From assembly GCF_009914755.1 (NCBI RefSeq), contig NC_060925.1: a stretch of DNA of 64,000 nucleotides. The stretch is one strand, 5' to 3'. Positions 15,105-28,697 of this stretch are shown here, piece after piece (within the stretch, counting starts at the first letter, position 1; each line of letters opens with the position of its first letter). Made by a program: the position numbers and the translations under genes. The stretch is from the human T2T-CHM13v2.0 reference genome, Homo sapiens. Under the pieces are notes generated by a model. That model saw only the letters and a list, made by a program, of their open reading frames with translations. It did not search any database and was not told the origin of the DNA.

Positions 15105-15368
15105 CCCTGCCAGCCAGATTCATAGACAACATGACAAACCAGGAAGCCAGAGAAGGGGCCACGGCCACACTGCACTGTGAACTGAGCAAGGTGGCCCCTG
15201 TGGAGTGGAGGAAGGGACCTGAAACCCTCCGAGATGGGGACAGACACAGCCTGAGGCAGGATGGGACCAGGTGTGAGCTGCAGATTCGTGGCCTGTCTGT
15301 GGCAGATGCCGGGGAGTACTCGTGCGTGTGTGGGCAGGAGAGGACCTCAGCCACACTCACGATCAGGG
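15105..15368 (+). CDS. OBSCN: OBSCN tandem Ig exon 10 (ALPARFIDNMTNQEAREG...)
   Basis: AG/GT, 264 bp. Confidence 0.95.
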
Positions 15369-15924
15369 GTAAAGATCACATGTGGCCAAGCAAAGCCATG
15401 TTCTGGTGTGCCAGTATTGATTTCATGCCATCCGTCTCCACTCATTCCGTGTTGTCTCCCTGTGTCCATGTCATCCTGTTCCCATAATTCCCCAGAATCC
15501 CTTCCAGCCTCCCGGACTGTTGCAGAAACCAGGAGAAAGCAGCATCTCTAGCCAGCTCCCACCTGTGTATCAGCATGGGCTCAGTCACATTGCCCTGTTG
15601 GGCTCTATGTCTTGTCCTCCATTCCCTCATATTCTGTCTACTGAAGTGCTCCAGATGATCTGATTTCCATGTGTGTCTGGCCCTCTTCAGCTCTATATGT
15701 GCCAGATTCATATAAAGACTGAGGTGTGAGGAGGCCACAGAGGGGGCCATGGTCATGTGCTGTACAGCCTGGACTGAGGGAAGCCACAGTGCACAGCCTG
15801 TGCTCAGCACATCCCGATGTGGCTCATGTCCATTTGGGTTCTGTGTCTTTTCTGTGTCATCCATGTCCTGTCTCTTCTGTGGGCTCAGAGGCATGATTGT
15901 GTCCATATCTTCTGACCTCCCCAG

Positions 15925-16188
15925 CCCTGCCCGCCAAGTTCACAAAGGGTCTGAGGAATGAAGAGGCCACAGAAGGGGCCACGGCTATGTTGCAGTGTGA
16001 GCTGAGCAAGGTGGCCCCTGTTGAGTGGAGGAAGGGACCTGAAACCCTCAGAGATGGGGACAGATACAACCTGAGGCAGGATGGGACCAGATGTGAGCTG
16101 CAGATTCATGGCCTGTCCGTGGCAGACACTGGGGAGTACTCATGTGTATGTGGTCAGGAGAAGACGTCGGCCACTCTCACTGTCAAGG
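15925..16188 (+). CDS. OBSCN: OBSCN tandem Ig exon 11 (ALPAKFTKGLRNEEATEG...TLTVK)
   Basis: AG/GT, 264 bp. Confidence 0.95.
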
Positions 16189-16659
16189 GTAATGACCACA
16201 CGTGGCCACATGGACTGATGTGGGTGTGTGTCCTTCCTCTGTGTGCAGTTGCAGGCACCGCACACCTTCTCCTTGTGGATGCTCCTTTCCTCTTCCTCCT
16301 GCTGTTTCCTCTGTCCCCTCTGCTCATGGGTTCCAGCGTTATCCTGTGCCCTGGTGTCTGTACTGAGCTTCAGCCATGTGACCTTGTGTACCAGTCATGG
16401 TTGTAGGGAAGGAATTCCCACCTTGTTTCCCTCCCACTGCCTCCCATCACCACCTAATCAATCCAACTTTCTGCCATCCTTCATTTGAGACCTGGAGTCT
16501 TTTAGCCACAGGGTCTCATGTCCTTCTCGGAGGGAGGCCTCTGGCGCCCAGGAAAGGGAGGCAGGACCTAGAGCCCTGGGCCCTGCAGGCTGGCCCTGGT
16601 TCTCAGTGTAGCCTTGTAGGGCAAACAGCCCCTGTGGCACTTGAGGGTCTAAGGGAACC

Positions 16660-16915
16660 TGGTCCCTGCCCTGGAGTCTGGGGGACACGGCCCTGTCCTG
16701 GGGTCTGGAAGACACGGCCCCACTCTGGAGTCTGAATACACATCCCTGCCCTGGGATTTGGGTGCCCACAGAAGGGAGGTGGAACCTATAGCCCTGGGCC
16801 CTGGCCTCGCCCTGGGATCTGGGGGACTCAGCTCTGCTCTCGGGTCTTGGGTACAGGGCCTCACCCTGGGTTCTGAAGTACACATCCCTGCCCTGGGCTC
16901 TGGGGTGTGTGGCCC
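16660..16915. repeat. Degenerate about 27-bp minisatellite (ccctgccctgggxtctgggg...)
   Basis: Recurring ccctg.cctgg..tctg motif. Confidence 0.6.
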
Positions 16916-17173
16916 TTTGGGGGCTGGGTGGGGGGGGCCCTGGGTGAGAGGACAGCCTCCTAAGCCCTGGGTAGATGTAGCCCCTCCGTGCTTTCCCACC
17001 ACACTGCCTCCTCACTCCTGAATCACAGACTGGTGGTCCCCAGTACCATCTGAGGCAGCACTGCCTGTGGAGCCAGGCCAGGGAGCTGGGAGGAGCCCAG
17101 GCCCTCATCTGCTGGCCTGGAGAGTGATGCCTGGTATAGATCTGGAGCTGACCCTGCCCCCTGCCCCCTGCAG

Positions 17174-17440
17174 CCCCACAGCCAGTGTTCCGGGAGCCGC
17201 TGCAGAGTCTGCAGGCGGAGGAGGGCTCCACGGCCACCCTGCAGTGTGAGCTGTCTGAGCCCACTGCTACAGTGGTCTGGAGCAAGGGTGGCCTGCAGCT
17301 GCAGGCCAATGGGCGCCGGGAGCCACGGCTTCAGGGCTGCACCGCGGAGCTGGTGTTACAGGACCTACAACGTGAAGACACTGGCGAATACACTTGCACC
17401 TGTGGCTCCCAGGCCACCAGTGCCACCCTCACTGTCACAG
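17174..17440 (+). CDS. OBSCN: OBSCN Ig exon (APQPVFREPLQSLQAEEG...)
   Basis: AG/GT, 267 bp, Ig I-set motif DTGEYTC. Confidence 0.96.
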
Positions 17441-17702
17441 GTGGGCTCCCAGGCTAGCGTGGCCCAGGATATAGCGCAGTTCGTGTGCTTTGGGCGGACC
17501 CTCGGGGCTGCCTTCCCACCTGGGGCTCCCAACTGAGACGGCTCCACAGGGTGGGGGTCCTACCTGCCTTGAGGCCCTGCCTCCTTCCTCGTAGCTGCTC
17601 TGATGCGGTTCCCCCTCCCCACTCTGCCATGCATTACACCTGTTAGTTCCCCCTTGTAGCTCCTCAGGGACCTGCCCTCATGCCCTGCTCCCTCCCCTGC
17701 AG

Positions 17703-17969
17703 CTGCGCCTGTGCGGTTCCTCCGAGAGCTGCAGCACCAGGAGGTGGATGAGGGAGGCACCGCACACTTATGCTGCGAGCTGAGCCGGGCGGGTGCGAGC
17801 GTGGAGTGGCGCAAGGGCTCCCTACAGCTCTTCCCTTGTGCCAAGTACCAGATGGTGCAGGATGGTGCAGCTGCAGAGCTGCTGGTACGCAGAGTGGAGC
17901 AGGAGGATGCGGGTGACTACACGTGTGACACGGGCCACACGCAGAGCATGGCCAGCCTCTCTGTCCGTG
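17703..17969 (+). CDS. OBSCN: OBSCN Ig exon (AAPVRFLRELQHQEVDEG...)
   Basis: AG/GT, 267 bp. Confidence 0.96.
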
Positions 17970-18060
17970 GTGAGCTGCTCACCAGCCCCTGCCTCCCACA
18001 GCCCCTCATTCTTGGTCAGCGGCAAGGGGCACTAAGCATCCCTTCCTGCATACTCCGCAG

Positions 18061-18333
18061 TCCCCAGGCCCAAGTTCAAGACCCGGCTTCAGAGTCTGGA
18101 GCAGGAGACAGGTGACATAGCCCGGCTGTGCTGTCAGCTGAGTGATGCAGAGTCGGGGGCCGTGGTGCAATGGCTCAAGGAGGGCGTGGAGCTGCATGCG
18201 GGCCCCAAGTACGAGATGCGGAGCCAGGGGGCCACGCGGGAGCTGCTGATCCACCAACTGGAGGCCAAGGACACGGGCGAGTATGCCTGTGTGACAGGCG
18301 GCCAGAAAACCGCTGCCTCCCTCAGGGTCACAG
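18061..18333 (+). CDS. OBSCN: OBSCN Ig exon (VPRPKFKTRLQSLEQETG...)
   Basis: AG/GT, 273 bp, preceded by a 91-nt intron. Confidence 0.95.
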
Positions 18334-18912
18334 GTGAGTGGTGGGGCCTCCCAGAGGAGAGGGTGAGCCTGCCATCCCACTCCCTTATGGTTGCCTTCTG
18401 GGTGCACCTGAGTCCCCTGCTCTCATGCTGTCTTCCTCCTCACCCCTGCACCTCCCGGTGTACCTGTCAGGGCTCTCTGAGAGAACCTGGGCAGCAAGGA
18501 AACAGGCTGCAGCCCCTCAAGCCCACCCCTGAGGCCGGTGTGTGGGTGCCCTGCTGAGCCCCCACCTGTTTCTTCTGCAAGCCTTGCCTCCCTGCTGTGC
18601 TAGCCAGGGAGGAGCTGGCTGCAGTGTGGGAGTAGACAGGCAGTCGAGTGTCCCACGACCCCTTCCCATTCCTGAGACACAACTGCCCTCTTGGCCCACA
18701 CCTCCAGCCCAGTTTCTGTCCCCAAAGAGCTCAGTGTCATGGCGGGATCTGTGCTTGTGAGCACATCGGGACAAAAGCCATGTGGGACAGATGGGCCATG
18801 GCAAAAGAGTGTGAGAGTGCCCAGGAAGGCTTCCTGGAGGAGGGGGCGTGGGATCTTGGCCTGGGTTCTTTTACTTGGCTGGTAAAGGGAACCATCTCGC
18901 CCCACCCCTCAG

Positions 18913-19185
18913 AGCCTGAGGTGACCATTGTACGGGGGCTGGTTGATGCGGAGGTGACGGCCGATGAGGATGTTGAGTTCAGCTGTGAGGTGTCCAGGGC
19001 TGGAGCCACAGGCGTGCAGTGGTGCCTACAGGGCCTGCCACTGCAAAGCAATGAGGTGACAGAGGTGGCTGTGCGGGATGGCCGCATCCACACCCTGCGG
19101 CTGAAGGGCGTGACGCCCGAGGACGCTGGCACTGTCTCCTTCCATTTGGGAAACCATGCTTCCTCTGCCCAGCTCACCGTCAGAG
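18913..19185 (+). CDS. OBSCN: OBSCN Ig exon (EPEVTIVRGLVDAEV...)
   Basis: AG/GT, 273 bp. Confidence 0.95.
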
Positions 19186-19519
19186 GTAGCCACAGGCGGG
19201 CCCCACCAGTGACTGCATGGGGTGAGAATGTCTGGGCCCTGCTGGATACGGAGACATACGGCAAAGGTTCCTGCCTTTGGAGGCTGGGGGCCTGGCAGGG
19301 AGGTGGACCTGTGAGCTGGCATTTCAGGGCGGCCCTAGGATGTCAGAGGAGAGTGGGCTGAGCCAGGCTGGTGGGGCAGGTTGTCTTGGGCTTCCAGTAG
19401 GCTGACACAGTGTTGGAGTTTGGGTCTTGGCCCTTGCAGGGGGGCCACTTCAAACCATAGCCCACTCCCAGCCCTCAGTCATCTGCACCATCTCCTCTAG
19501 TTCTCACACTAGTCCCATT

Positions 19520-19730
19520 TACCCACCTGTCATCCATCCTTTCGTTCATCTGTTTATCCATTCACCCATCCATCCACCCATTCACTATCCATCCATCCAT
19601 CATCCATCCATTATCCATCGATCCATCCACAATCCATCTATTTATCCACTGATCAGCCATCCATCCATCCACCCATTATCCATCCATTCATTCTTCCATT
19701 GATCCATTCACCCATCCACTGTCCATTAGA
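19520..19730. repeat. (CCAT)n low-complexity tract
   Basis: Degenerate catc/ccat repeats. Confidence 0.9.
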
Positions 19731-19900
19731 GAAGACTCTGCCTGCAACTGGAATGGGGAGCTGAGAACAGGCCCCCATGTGCATGTCTTTGTGCACTAGG
19801 GGAGGATACCCAGGGATGGACTCCTGGGACGATGAGACTGGGTTGATTGAGGGGGCACCTCAGACGCTGAGGCTGACACCCATGCCTCCCCTGTGTCCAG

Positions 19901-20097
19901 CTCCTGAGGTGACCATCCTGGAGCCCCTGCAGGACGTGCAGCTCAGTGAGGGCCAGGATGCCAGCTTCCAGTGCCGGCTATCCAGAGCTTCAGGCCAGGA
20001 GGCCCGCTGGGCTTTAGGAGGGGTGCCCCTGCAGGCCAACGAGATGAATGACATCACTGTGGAGCAGGGCACACTCCACCTGCTCACCCTGCACAAG
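19901..20097 (+). CDS. OBSCN: OBSCN Ig exon, N-terminal half (APEVTILEPLQDV...LTLHK)
   Basis: AG/GT, 197 bp, phase 1-0. Confidence 0.95.
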
Positions 20098-20285
20098 GTG
20101 AGGCCTCTGGGACCTGAGTGTACCAGGATGGGGATGCTTCCAACTCCATTCAGGAAGGCCTTCCACAAGGGGGTTGTGCTGGGGAGGTGATGAGCTCCTG
20201 TCATTGAGGTCTGGCAAGCTGACTGGGCTCCTTCTGGTCGGGATGGGGGCTCCCAGGGCCAAGCATGTCTCTCCCTGCTTCCTAG

Positions 20286-20361
20286 GTGACCCTTGAGGAT
20301 GCTGGAACTGTCAGTTTCCACGTGGGCACGTGTAGCTCTGAGGCCCAGCTGAAAGTCACAG
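20286..20361 (+). CDS. OBSCN: OBSCN Ig exon, C-terminal half (VTLEDAGTVSF...LKVT)
   Basis: AG/GT, 76 bp, phase 0-1. Confidence 0.95.
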
Positions 20362-20977
20362 GTGGGCAGCCCCTTTCCACACTGGTCGCTCTGCCTGCAG
20401 ATGCCCAGTTTCCTGGGCACCAGCACAACCTACCCAGTGGCAGCTGTCAGCGGGCAGGGGGCAGAAACCCAAGACTTCCAACAGTGATCTTGTCTTGGGG
20501 CTGGCAATTTTCCAACCCCTGGCCACTGAAGCCATGGACCAGAGAGGTCACTGGGGGGTAGGCTGGTAGAGGTAGTCTTGAGAAATTCCAGGGTGTGTGT
20601 AGGGTCCCTGTCCAGGATTAATGCCACCTGCGGGAGGGAGATGGGGGGCCCAGCTGCCATAGGCTTGGGCCCTAAGGTGGAGGCAGGACCTTCCTGACTT
20701 CCACCCTCCAAACGCCTACTCCTATGATATGGATGCACGCACATGCCAAAGCATCCATGTTTATACACATCTGCATGCCTGGACAGGCTCAAAGGTGCAG
20801 ATGCAAAAGCATGCCTATGACAAGTATATGGATTTGGGCAACCATGCAAACAAGATTTTAGGAACCTTCAGCTTGGCTCATACCTTGCCCCCAGAGCTGG
20901 TCATCCCTGAGTGCTAGTTCTTGAGTGCTCTTCCCCTACTGTCCTACCTTTAGGTCTCAAACGGGTCACATCTGTGT

Positions 20978-21610
20978 ACTCATCATCCATCTATTCATTC
21001 ATCCATTTATCCATTTACCTATCCACCTTCCACCCATCTGCTATCCACCATCCATCCATCCATCCATCCATCATCTGTCCATTCATCTATCATCCATCCT
21101 TCTATCGTCTGTCCATCAATCCATTCATAATCCATCCATTCATCCATTTATCATCCATACAGCTACCATCCATCCATTCACCATCCACCATCCATCCATT
21201 CACCATCCACTCATCCACCATCCATCCATTTACTATTCATCTATCCATCCTGCTGTTCATCCATATATCCATCCATCGGCCCATTCACACATTCACCATC
21301 CATACATCATTTATACATCATCCACTCATCTATTCATTATCCATTCACACACCCACCATCCATCCACCCACCCACTGATCCATCCGCTATCCATCCATTT
21401 ACTATCCATCTATCCATCCACTGTCCATTCACCCATCCTTCCATTCATCTACCATCCACCCATCCATCCATCTACCATCATCTACCCTTCCCCCATCCAC
21501 TCATGTATTCATCACTCACTCATCCACTATTCACCTATCTTTTCATTCATCCACCACCTATCCACCATCTGTCATACATTCACAATCCACTTGCTATCCA
21601 TTCATTCACT
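20978..21610. repeat. (CCAT)n low-complexity tract
   Basis: About 630 bp of degenerate catc repeats. Confidence 0.92.
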
Positions 21611-23292
21611 GTAGAATATACCCTCTAAGCTCCTACCCTTAACCAAGTCCTGAACCTCATGATGGGCCAGATGCAGTCTGCCTTCAGGGGGTCTCCAATC
21701 TGTTGGAGGAGTTGGACATGGAGATAGTGTGTCCTTCATCCTAGATGCCACCTCCCACTCCCAAGTCCTTAAAAGGAGACAGATGCAGTCAGTTCTGTTG
21801 CCTGTGGGTTTGGGAAAGGTTCCAGATGCTAGTGCCCTCAAGTTGAGTGATGAAGACGGGAAGTTTCCCAGGTGTCCTGAGCAGGGGCAGGATAGCAGGG
21901 GCCTGGTGTATTCATCAGAGTGGGCAACTGTATGGAGCAGCATGGAGCTGGGCTGTGCTTTGGCCCCTCTCTAGGTGAGGTATTCTCAGCCTGGGTGAGC
22001 TGGCTCATGTACAGACACCTGGCTATGACCTTTTGGTGAGGGCCCTGGCACAGGTGTGTAAATGGGTGCCCATCCCAGGCCCAGGTAGGTGTTGTGGTGG
22101 AAGAGCTTGGGAACTTGCTGGAGACAAGAATGAAGAGTTGGTGGGGCAAGATGAGGAGGTGGTCAGATGTGCACTTGGGGAAGACAGTCAAGGGAAGATT
22201 GGGAGCTGGTGCTGGGGTGTCAGTGGTGCACACGAGGAAGCGCACGGAGAGGCTTCCAGTGGAGGGCCTGCTTGGGTGGGCACAGGGGCTGATTTGCCTG
22301 GTGTTGTCCTGATGGGTGGCTGGTATCTCTGTAAGTTCTCCCTACTCACGCTTCCTCACCCCATAGGATGGAAGTGTCTGGGCTTTGCCAACTGCAGTTT
22401 CTCTCTCTTTGTGAGGAGGCTCACAGGATGGTCTCAGAAAGTTTCTTGGGCAAGCAAGGATGGAGGGCATCTCTGTTGCCCGATCCCAGGCAGCAGGTGG
22501 TGGAATAAGCCTTTGGTTCTGTCTTCCTCCCTTGCCTGTGGGGTGTGGGGTTCAACTCTGTGGGCAGCAGTAGCCTGGGCACATTCTCCTATCTGCCGTG
22601 ACCACCCTGAGTTTCCATCTGAGAAGTGGGTGGGAGGGAGGAGGAGAGTGTGGAAGGCACAGGGCAGGCAGTGACCACAAACATGTCTGGGAAGCTCCTT
22701 GAGTTTGGGCCCTGCTGTGTGACCAGGCAGGGAGCAGTTGCCACTCAACATAAGGGCCCTGGAATTCTGGGCTGAAGGGACCTTGGAGGACATCTGGACA
22801 GAATGCCCTCTTGGGATGGGAGAAGCGTCCGCTTCCACACCCCCAGGGACAGGGAACTCACTTTCTGAGGTGAACTCCCATCCACTCACAGTAGCAGGCC
22901 CTGTGGCTTCTCCTTCCCAACCCACATTGGGTCAGATAAGGCACCAAAGGCCAGAAAGAACTCCAGCCATGGGGCTTAGAGCTTGTCCATTCTGCCTTCT
23001 GAGAAGGGCACGTGTGCCTGTCATCAGCCTCCTGTGGGTGAAACCAGGCATGTTCTGAAGGGGTGTGTGGGGGTGCGGGTCTATGAGCTGGGGCTGAGCC
23101 ACTCTCCACAGGCTCACTGTGGGTGGCCTCTGTGTCTCCCTCTGTGATCAGGGTGGGCCAACTTGCCTGGGTGGATTTCTATTCCCTAACCCTAGGTCAC
23201 CCTCCTGGTCTGGGTGATGTCTGCTCTGGCAGACCCGAGGGTGGCCCCTGTACCAGTTACTAGCCCCGAGGCTATTCTAGCAAGTCCCACTT

Positions 23293-24340
<1,048 letters not shown>

Positions 24341-24415
24341 TGAACCCTAAAGTAGCCCAGTCCTGTGGACTCCAGGGTGTCCCAGCCTCGCCCTCCTTCT
24401 TACCCTCTTGTGCAG

Positions 24416-24688
24416 AGGCAGTGCCGTGCCTGGTACGTGGCTTGCAGAATGTGGATGTCTTCGCGGGGGAGGTGGCCACGTTCTCCTGTGAGGTGTCTCA
24501 CGCGGGTGGGCCGGAGGCCCGCTGGTGGCTGGATGGGACCCTGCTACAGGATGGCCCCCAGAGCGCCATCGCTGTGCGAGATGGGATCTTTCACTCCCTC
24601 ATGCTCTCGGGCCTGGGGGTGGCCGACTCCGGCACTGTCATCTTCCGCGCAGGGCCCCTGGTCTCCACGGCCAAGTTGTTGATCAAAG
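24416..24688 (+). CDS. OBSCN: OBSCN Ig exon, probable cassette (EAVPCLVRGLQNVDVFAGE...LLIK)
   Basis: AG/GT, 273 bp, phase 1-1, complete Ig fold. Confidence 0.88.
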
Positions 24689-25615
24689 GTATTGGCCGAT
24701 GGGAACCTCTGCCATGCTGGCACTTTTGTATGCTTCCTGCGGGCTCCTGGGATCAGGAATTGGCCCCCAGGGCCACAGAGTGGGCACCACTCTATGCATG
24801 CTGTCTGCCTGCAGTGGCACAGGTGGGCATGGAGGGTGGATGAGAAGTCTGGGCTTAGGGAGTGGTATAGCTGGACACCAACCTGTGCCCTGCTGGCTAC
24901 CACCTTGCTGGCCGCACGTGCCCAGCCATGAAACCCAGTCCCTTGTGAAGGCAAGAGCAGCCCCTGCTGAGCCTACCCCTGCTGTCACCTGCTTCCTCCG
25001 CTGTGGGCTCAGGCTGGGTTTCTGCCCTTCTGGGAAAGAGCTGGCCGTATGGGAGCCCCCTACCAGTGACTCACATGGTGCCTTTGTCCCCTGTGCACCC
25101 TCAAAGAAAATGTGGAAGGTTCACCTGGGTCCTGGGGCAAACAGCCATTTATGGAGTAGGATTTGGACAGTGGAGATGGGACGGGGACCCCAAGAGAGAT
25201 GGCAGAGTCCTTGCAGAAGGGGCGAGCTGGGCTGGGGCTCTGGCTCCTGAGCCAGGGCCAGAGGGCATGGGGTAGGGGGACTTTGGAGGGTGTGTGTCCC
25301 TGTTGGGGCCATGTGCCCAGGGCTAGAGGGAGGTAGGGGCAAAGGGGACCAGGAGGGGCCCCCCTGAAAAGAGACCAAGCCTGACAGTGCTATCTCCCAT
25401 GGGTGGGGGTGAGGTGTGTCTGCAGTGGATAGCCCTGGGCTGTCGTGGTGGGCCCCCTTCCCTGGGCCATGTGCCAGATGGTCACTGCTCTGCCATTGCC
25501 TGCCACAGCTCTGCGCTTACTGCCGCTGAAGCCTCTAACACTGACAGCAGAGGGTGGGATGGCTGCGGTGGCTCAGCTCCGGGGGCTGACATGTGTCCGG
25601 CATGTTGGCCGACAG

Positions 25616-25882
25616 ATCCCGTGGTGGAGGTGGTCAGTGCCATGCAGGACTTGGCCGTGGAGGAGGGTGGCTCGGCTGAGCTCCTCTGCCAGTATTCACG
25701 GCCCGTGCAGGCCACGTGGAAGATGGACGAGCGGGAGGTGCACACGGATGGGCACCGTGTCATCATAGAGCAGGACTGGAACGTGGCCAGGCTGACCTTC
25801 AGGCCGGCCTTGCCCTGTGACAGTGGCATCTATTCTTGTGAGGCTGCGGGCACCCGCGTAGTGGCCCTGCTGCAAGTGCAAG
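25616..25882 (+). CDS. OBSCN: OBSCN Ig exon, probable cassette (DPVVEVVSAMQDLAVEEG...LQVQ)
   Basis: AG/GT, 267 bp, DSGIYSC motif; weak pyrimidine tract. Confidence 0.85.
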
Positions 25883-26648
25883 GTGAGGCCGCCTGGTGAG
25901 CAGCCCTAGGCCCGGGGCAGCTTTGGCACAGCTTGGGCTGTGCAGTGATAGTGGAATGGCAGGCAGTGTCCGGTGGCGCTGGGACACAGGTGGCTCGGAC
26001 AGGTGGGAACAGGCCCCGTAGGTGGCAAGCTCGCTGCACCAGGAGCTGAGCTGTGAGTAGGCACGGCATGCACAGCTGCTGAACTTGTGGCTTCCATGAA
26101 GAATGTGTGGCCAAATTCAAGACTCCTACACGTGAACCCACAAGAGAATGAGAAAGGGAGGGGAGAGCGGAGGGCAGTGGATTAGGGAGGAGGTCTCTGG
26201 TTGTTGTGAGTCTGAGCATGGCATTCCAGGGACCAGGCAGCAGGTCTGGTAGCTCTGTTGGGGGGTGCAGAGAAAGGGGGATGTTCCCAGACCGTGAAGC
26301 TGCAGCAGGGCCATGGCGGGTAAAGCATGGCTCTGAGCCTCATGGCTGTGTTTGAGCCTGGTTGTGCGGTTGGCGAGTTTCTAGTCTTGTGAACACCTGT
26401 GAGGTTTCTCACCTGTGAGGTCAGAAGCCCAGTGCCAAAGTGGGCAGGGCATAGTGGTGGTGGTGGGGGGTGCTGGGTGACCACAGAGGCAAGCATGGGT
26501 GGCTCCACCCTGGACGCTGAGTGCCCACCTCCACATAGCTTCTGGGGAGGGGGCATTTTGTTTGGCTCTTTGTAGTTTTCAGGGCACTCCCAAGGGACGT
26601 GGGGACCCTGGAAGCGCGGGCATGGTCTGATCCTCCCTCTCCCCACAG

Positions 26649-26921
26649 CCAAGAACACGGTGGTGCGGGGGCTGGAGAATGTGGAGGCGCTGGAGGGCGG
26701 CGAGGCGCTGTTCGAGTGCCAGCTGTCCCAGCCCGAGGTGGCCGCCCACACCTGGCTGCTGGACGACGAACCCGTGCGCACCTCGGAGAACGCCGAGGTG
26801 GTCTTCTTCGAGAACGGCCTGCGCCACCTGCTGCTGCTCAAAAACTTGCGGCCACAAGACAGCTGCCGGGTGACCTTCCTGGCTGGGGATATGGTGACGT
26901 CCGCATTCCTCACGGTCCGAG
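26649..26921 (+). CDS. OBSCN: OBSCN Ig58 exon (AKNTVVRGLENVEALEGG...), titin-binding
   Basis: AG/GT, 273 bp; recognised sequence. Confidence 0.96.
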
Positions 26922-27510
26922 GTGACTGCGCTGTGCTGGTGCAGGGTGGGGTCAGATCCTTCCCACTAGAGACTGGGGTAGGCGGGCGGCAGAGGGGGCG
27001 GGGCTGCGGGCTGCAGCTGCAGAGGGGACGTCAGTCTCCGAGACCCTCCCGCAGGAGGCTGGGCCGCCGGAGCTGCAGAGGGGCTGAGGCCCTGGGAGCG
27101 GCACAAGGGGCAGGGTTCGCCAGGGGCTGGCCCATCCCACCTGAGGCCGGGAGCCACCCGCTTCGCAGTGGGTAGAAGCCCCCGGGGCCGAGGCCCAGGA
27201 AGGGTGGAACGGTGTGGGGCGCCGTGCGCTGAGACCAGAGGCTCTCCGGAGCCAGGAGGGGGACCTGTTGGTCTCTGGGACCCACAGGAGGCTGGGTTGA
27301 AGGCAGGCAGGACTGGGGGCCAGATGAGAGGTGTCTCTCTCAGGAGGCTGGGCTGTCTTCTGGAGAGGGGCTTGCTGGGGCCGCAGGTGGGGAGCTTCGG
27401 CCTCCCAGACCCCTCCCACCCACGCAGGTGGGACGAAGCGAGGGTATGAAGCCCAGGCCCTCCCTGCTCCGGCGCTTGCCCTCACAACCCTTCCTTGGGC
27501 ACATCTGCAG

Positions 27511-27786
27511 GCTGGCGCCTGGAGATCCTGGAGCCTCTGAAAAACGCGGCGGTCCGGGCCGGCGCACAGGCACGCTTCACCTGCACGCTCAGCGAGGCGG
27601 TGCCCGTGGGAGAGGCGTCCTGGTACATCAATGGCGCGGCAGTGCAGCCGGATGACAGCGACTGGACTGTCACCGCCGACGGCAGTCACCACGCCCTACT
27701 GCTGCGCAGCGCCCAGCCCCACCACGCCGGGGAGGTCACCTTCGCTTGCCGCGACGCCGTGGCCTCTGCGTGGCTCACCGTGCTGG
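27511..27786 (+). CDS. OBSCN: OBSCN Ig59 exon (GWRLEILEPLKNAAV...)
   Basis: AG/GT, 276 bp. Confidence 0.96.
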
Positions 27787-28269
27787 GTGGGTGGTGGGCG
27801 AGCTCCCTTTTCCCTCCCCTGCAGGTCGGGTCTGGGGCGCGCCCCGCCTCCAGAGCTTGCGAGTGCGTGGGTGACCATCCTGGGCTGGGTTCTGCAGCAT
27901 CTGCCCACTCCAGAGCCTGGGGTTGACTGCCTGCGGATATGGGCCTGACCATGGGAGTCTGTGAGGCTGCTCTTGGCCAGGCATAACCATGCATGAGCCT
28001 ACCACCCTGTGGATTCCTAAGGCCAAGGTCCCTTCATCCTGCCCCATCTCCCCCTCAGCTCCCTGGACTCCTAATGCAGATCTGAGCCCAGCTCTGGGGA
28101 GACAGGAGGTACAGAGACTGCCAGGGGCTCTCCATGCTGGGTGGGCTCTGGGCACATATAGTCTCCATGTGACATGCACCTGCAGCCAGTATCAGAGCCC
28201 AGTGGCTTCCAGAGGGACTGTTGGTGCCGACAGGGAGCCACCCCCCTGACCAGTCCCCCTTTTCCCCAG

Positions 28270-28557
28270 GCCTCCCTGATCCCCCAGAGGATGCTGAGGT
28301 GGTGGCTCGCAGCAGCCACACTGTGACACTGTCTTGGGCAGCTCCCATGAGTGATGGAGGCGGTGGTCTCTGTGGCTACCGCGTGGAGGTGAAGGAGGGG
28401 GCCACAGGCCAGTGGCGGCTGTGCCACGAGCTGGTGCCTGGACCCGAGTGTGTGGTGGATGGCCTGGCCCCCGGGGAGACCTACCGCTTCCGTGTGGCAG
28501 CTGTGGGCCCTGTGGGTGCTGGGGAACCGGTTCACCTGCCCCAGACAGTGCGGCTTG
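28270..28557 (+). CDS. OBSCN: OBSCN fibronectin type III exon (GLPDPPEDAEV...YRFRVAAVGPVG)
   Basis: AG/GT, 288 bp, Fn3 motifs LSW and YxFRVAA. Confidence 0.96.
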
Positions 28558-28697
28558 GTGAGTTGCTTCATTGGGGTCTGGGGAGTTCACAGCCCCCACA
28601 AGCTGGAGGAGGGAGGGATCCCCGGGAGTGGGGCCTGCACCCTGGGTGCATCTTTGCTGATGGGGCCTGTCCTCTGTCCGTGGACGCTGTTCCCCAG

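Larger units (their letters stand above)
26560..27900. promoter_or_regulatory. Intragenic CpG-rich island
   Basis: Visibly dense CpG; GC box gggggcggggc near 26993-27004. Confidence 0.65.

Noticed and set aside
25145-25154. Perfect CArG box CCATTTATGG
   Set aside because: Single short motif expected by chance in 64 kb; no supporting cluster seen
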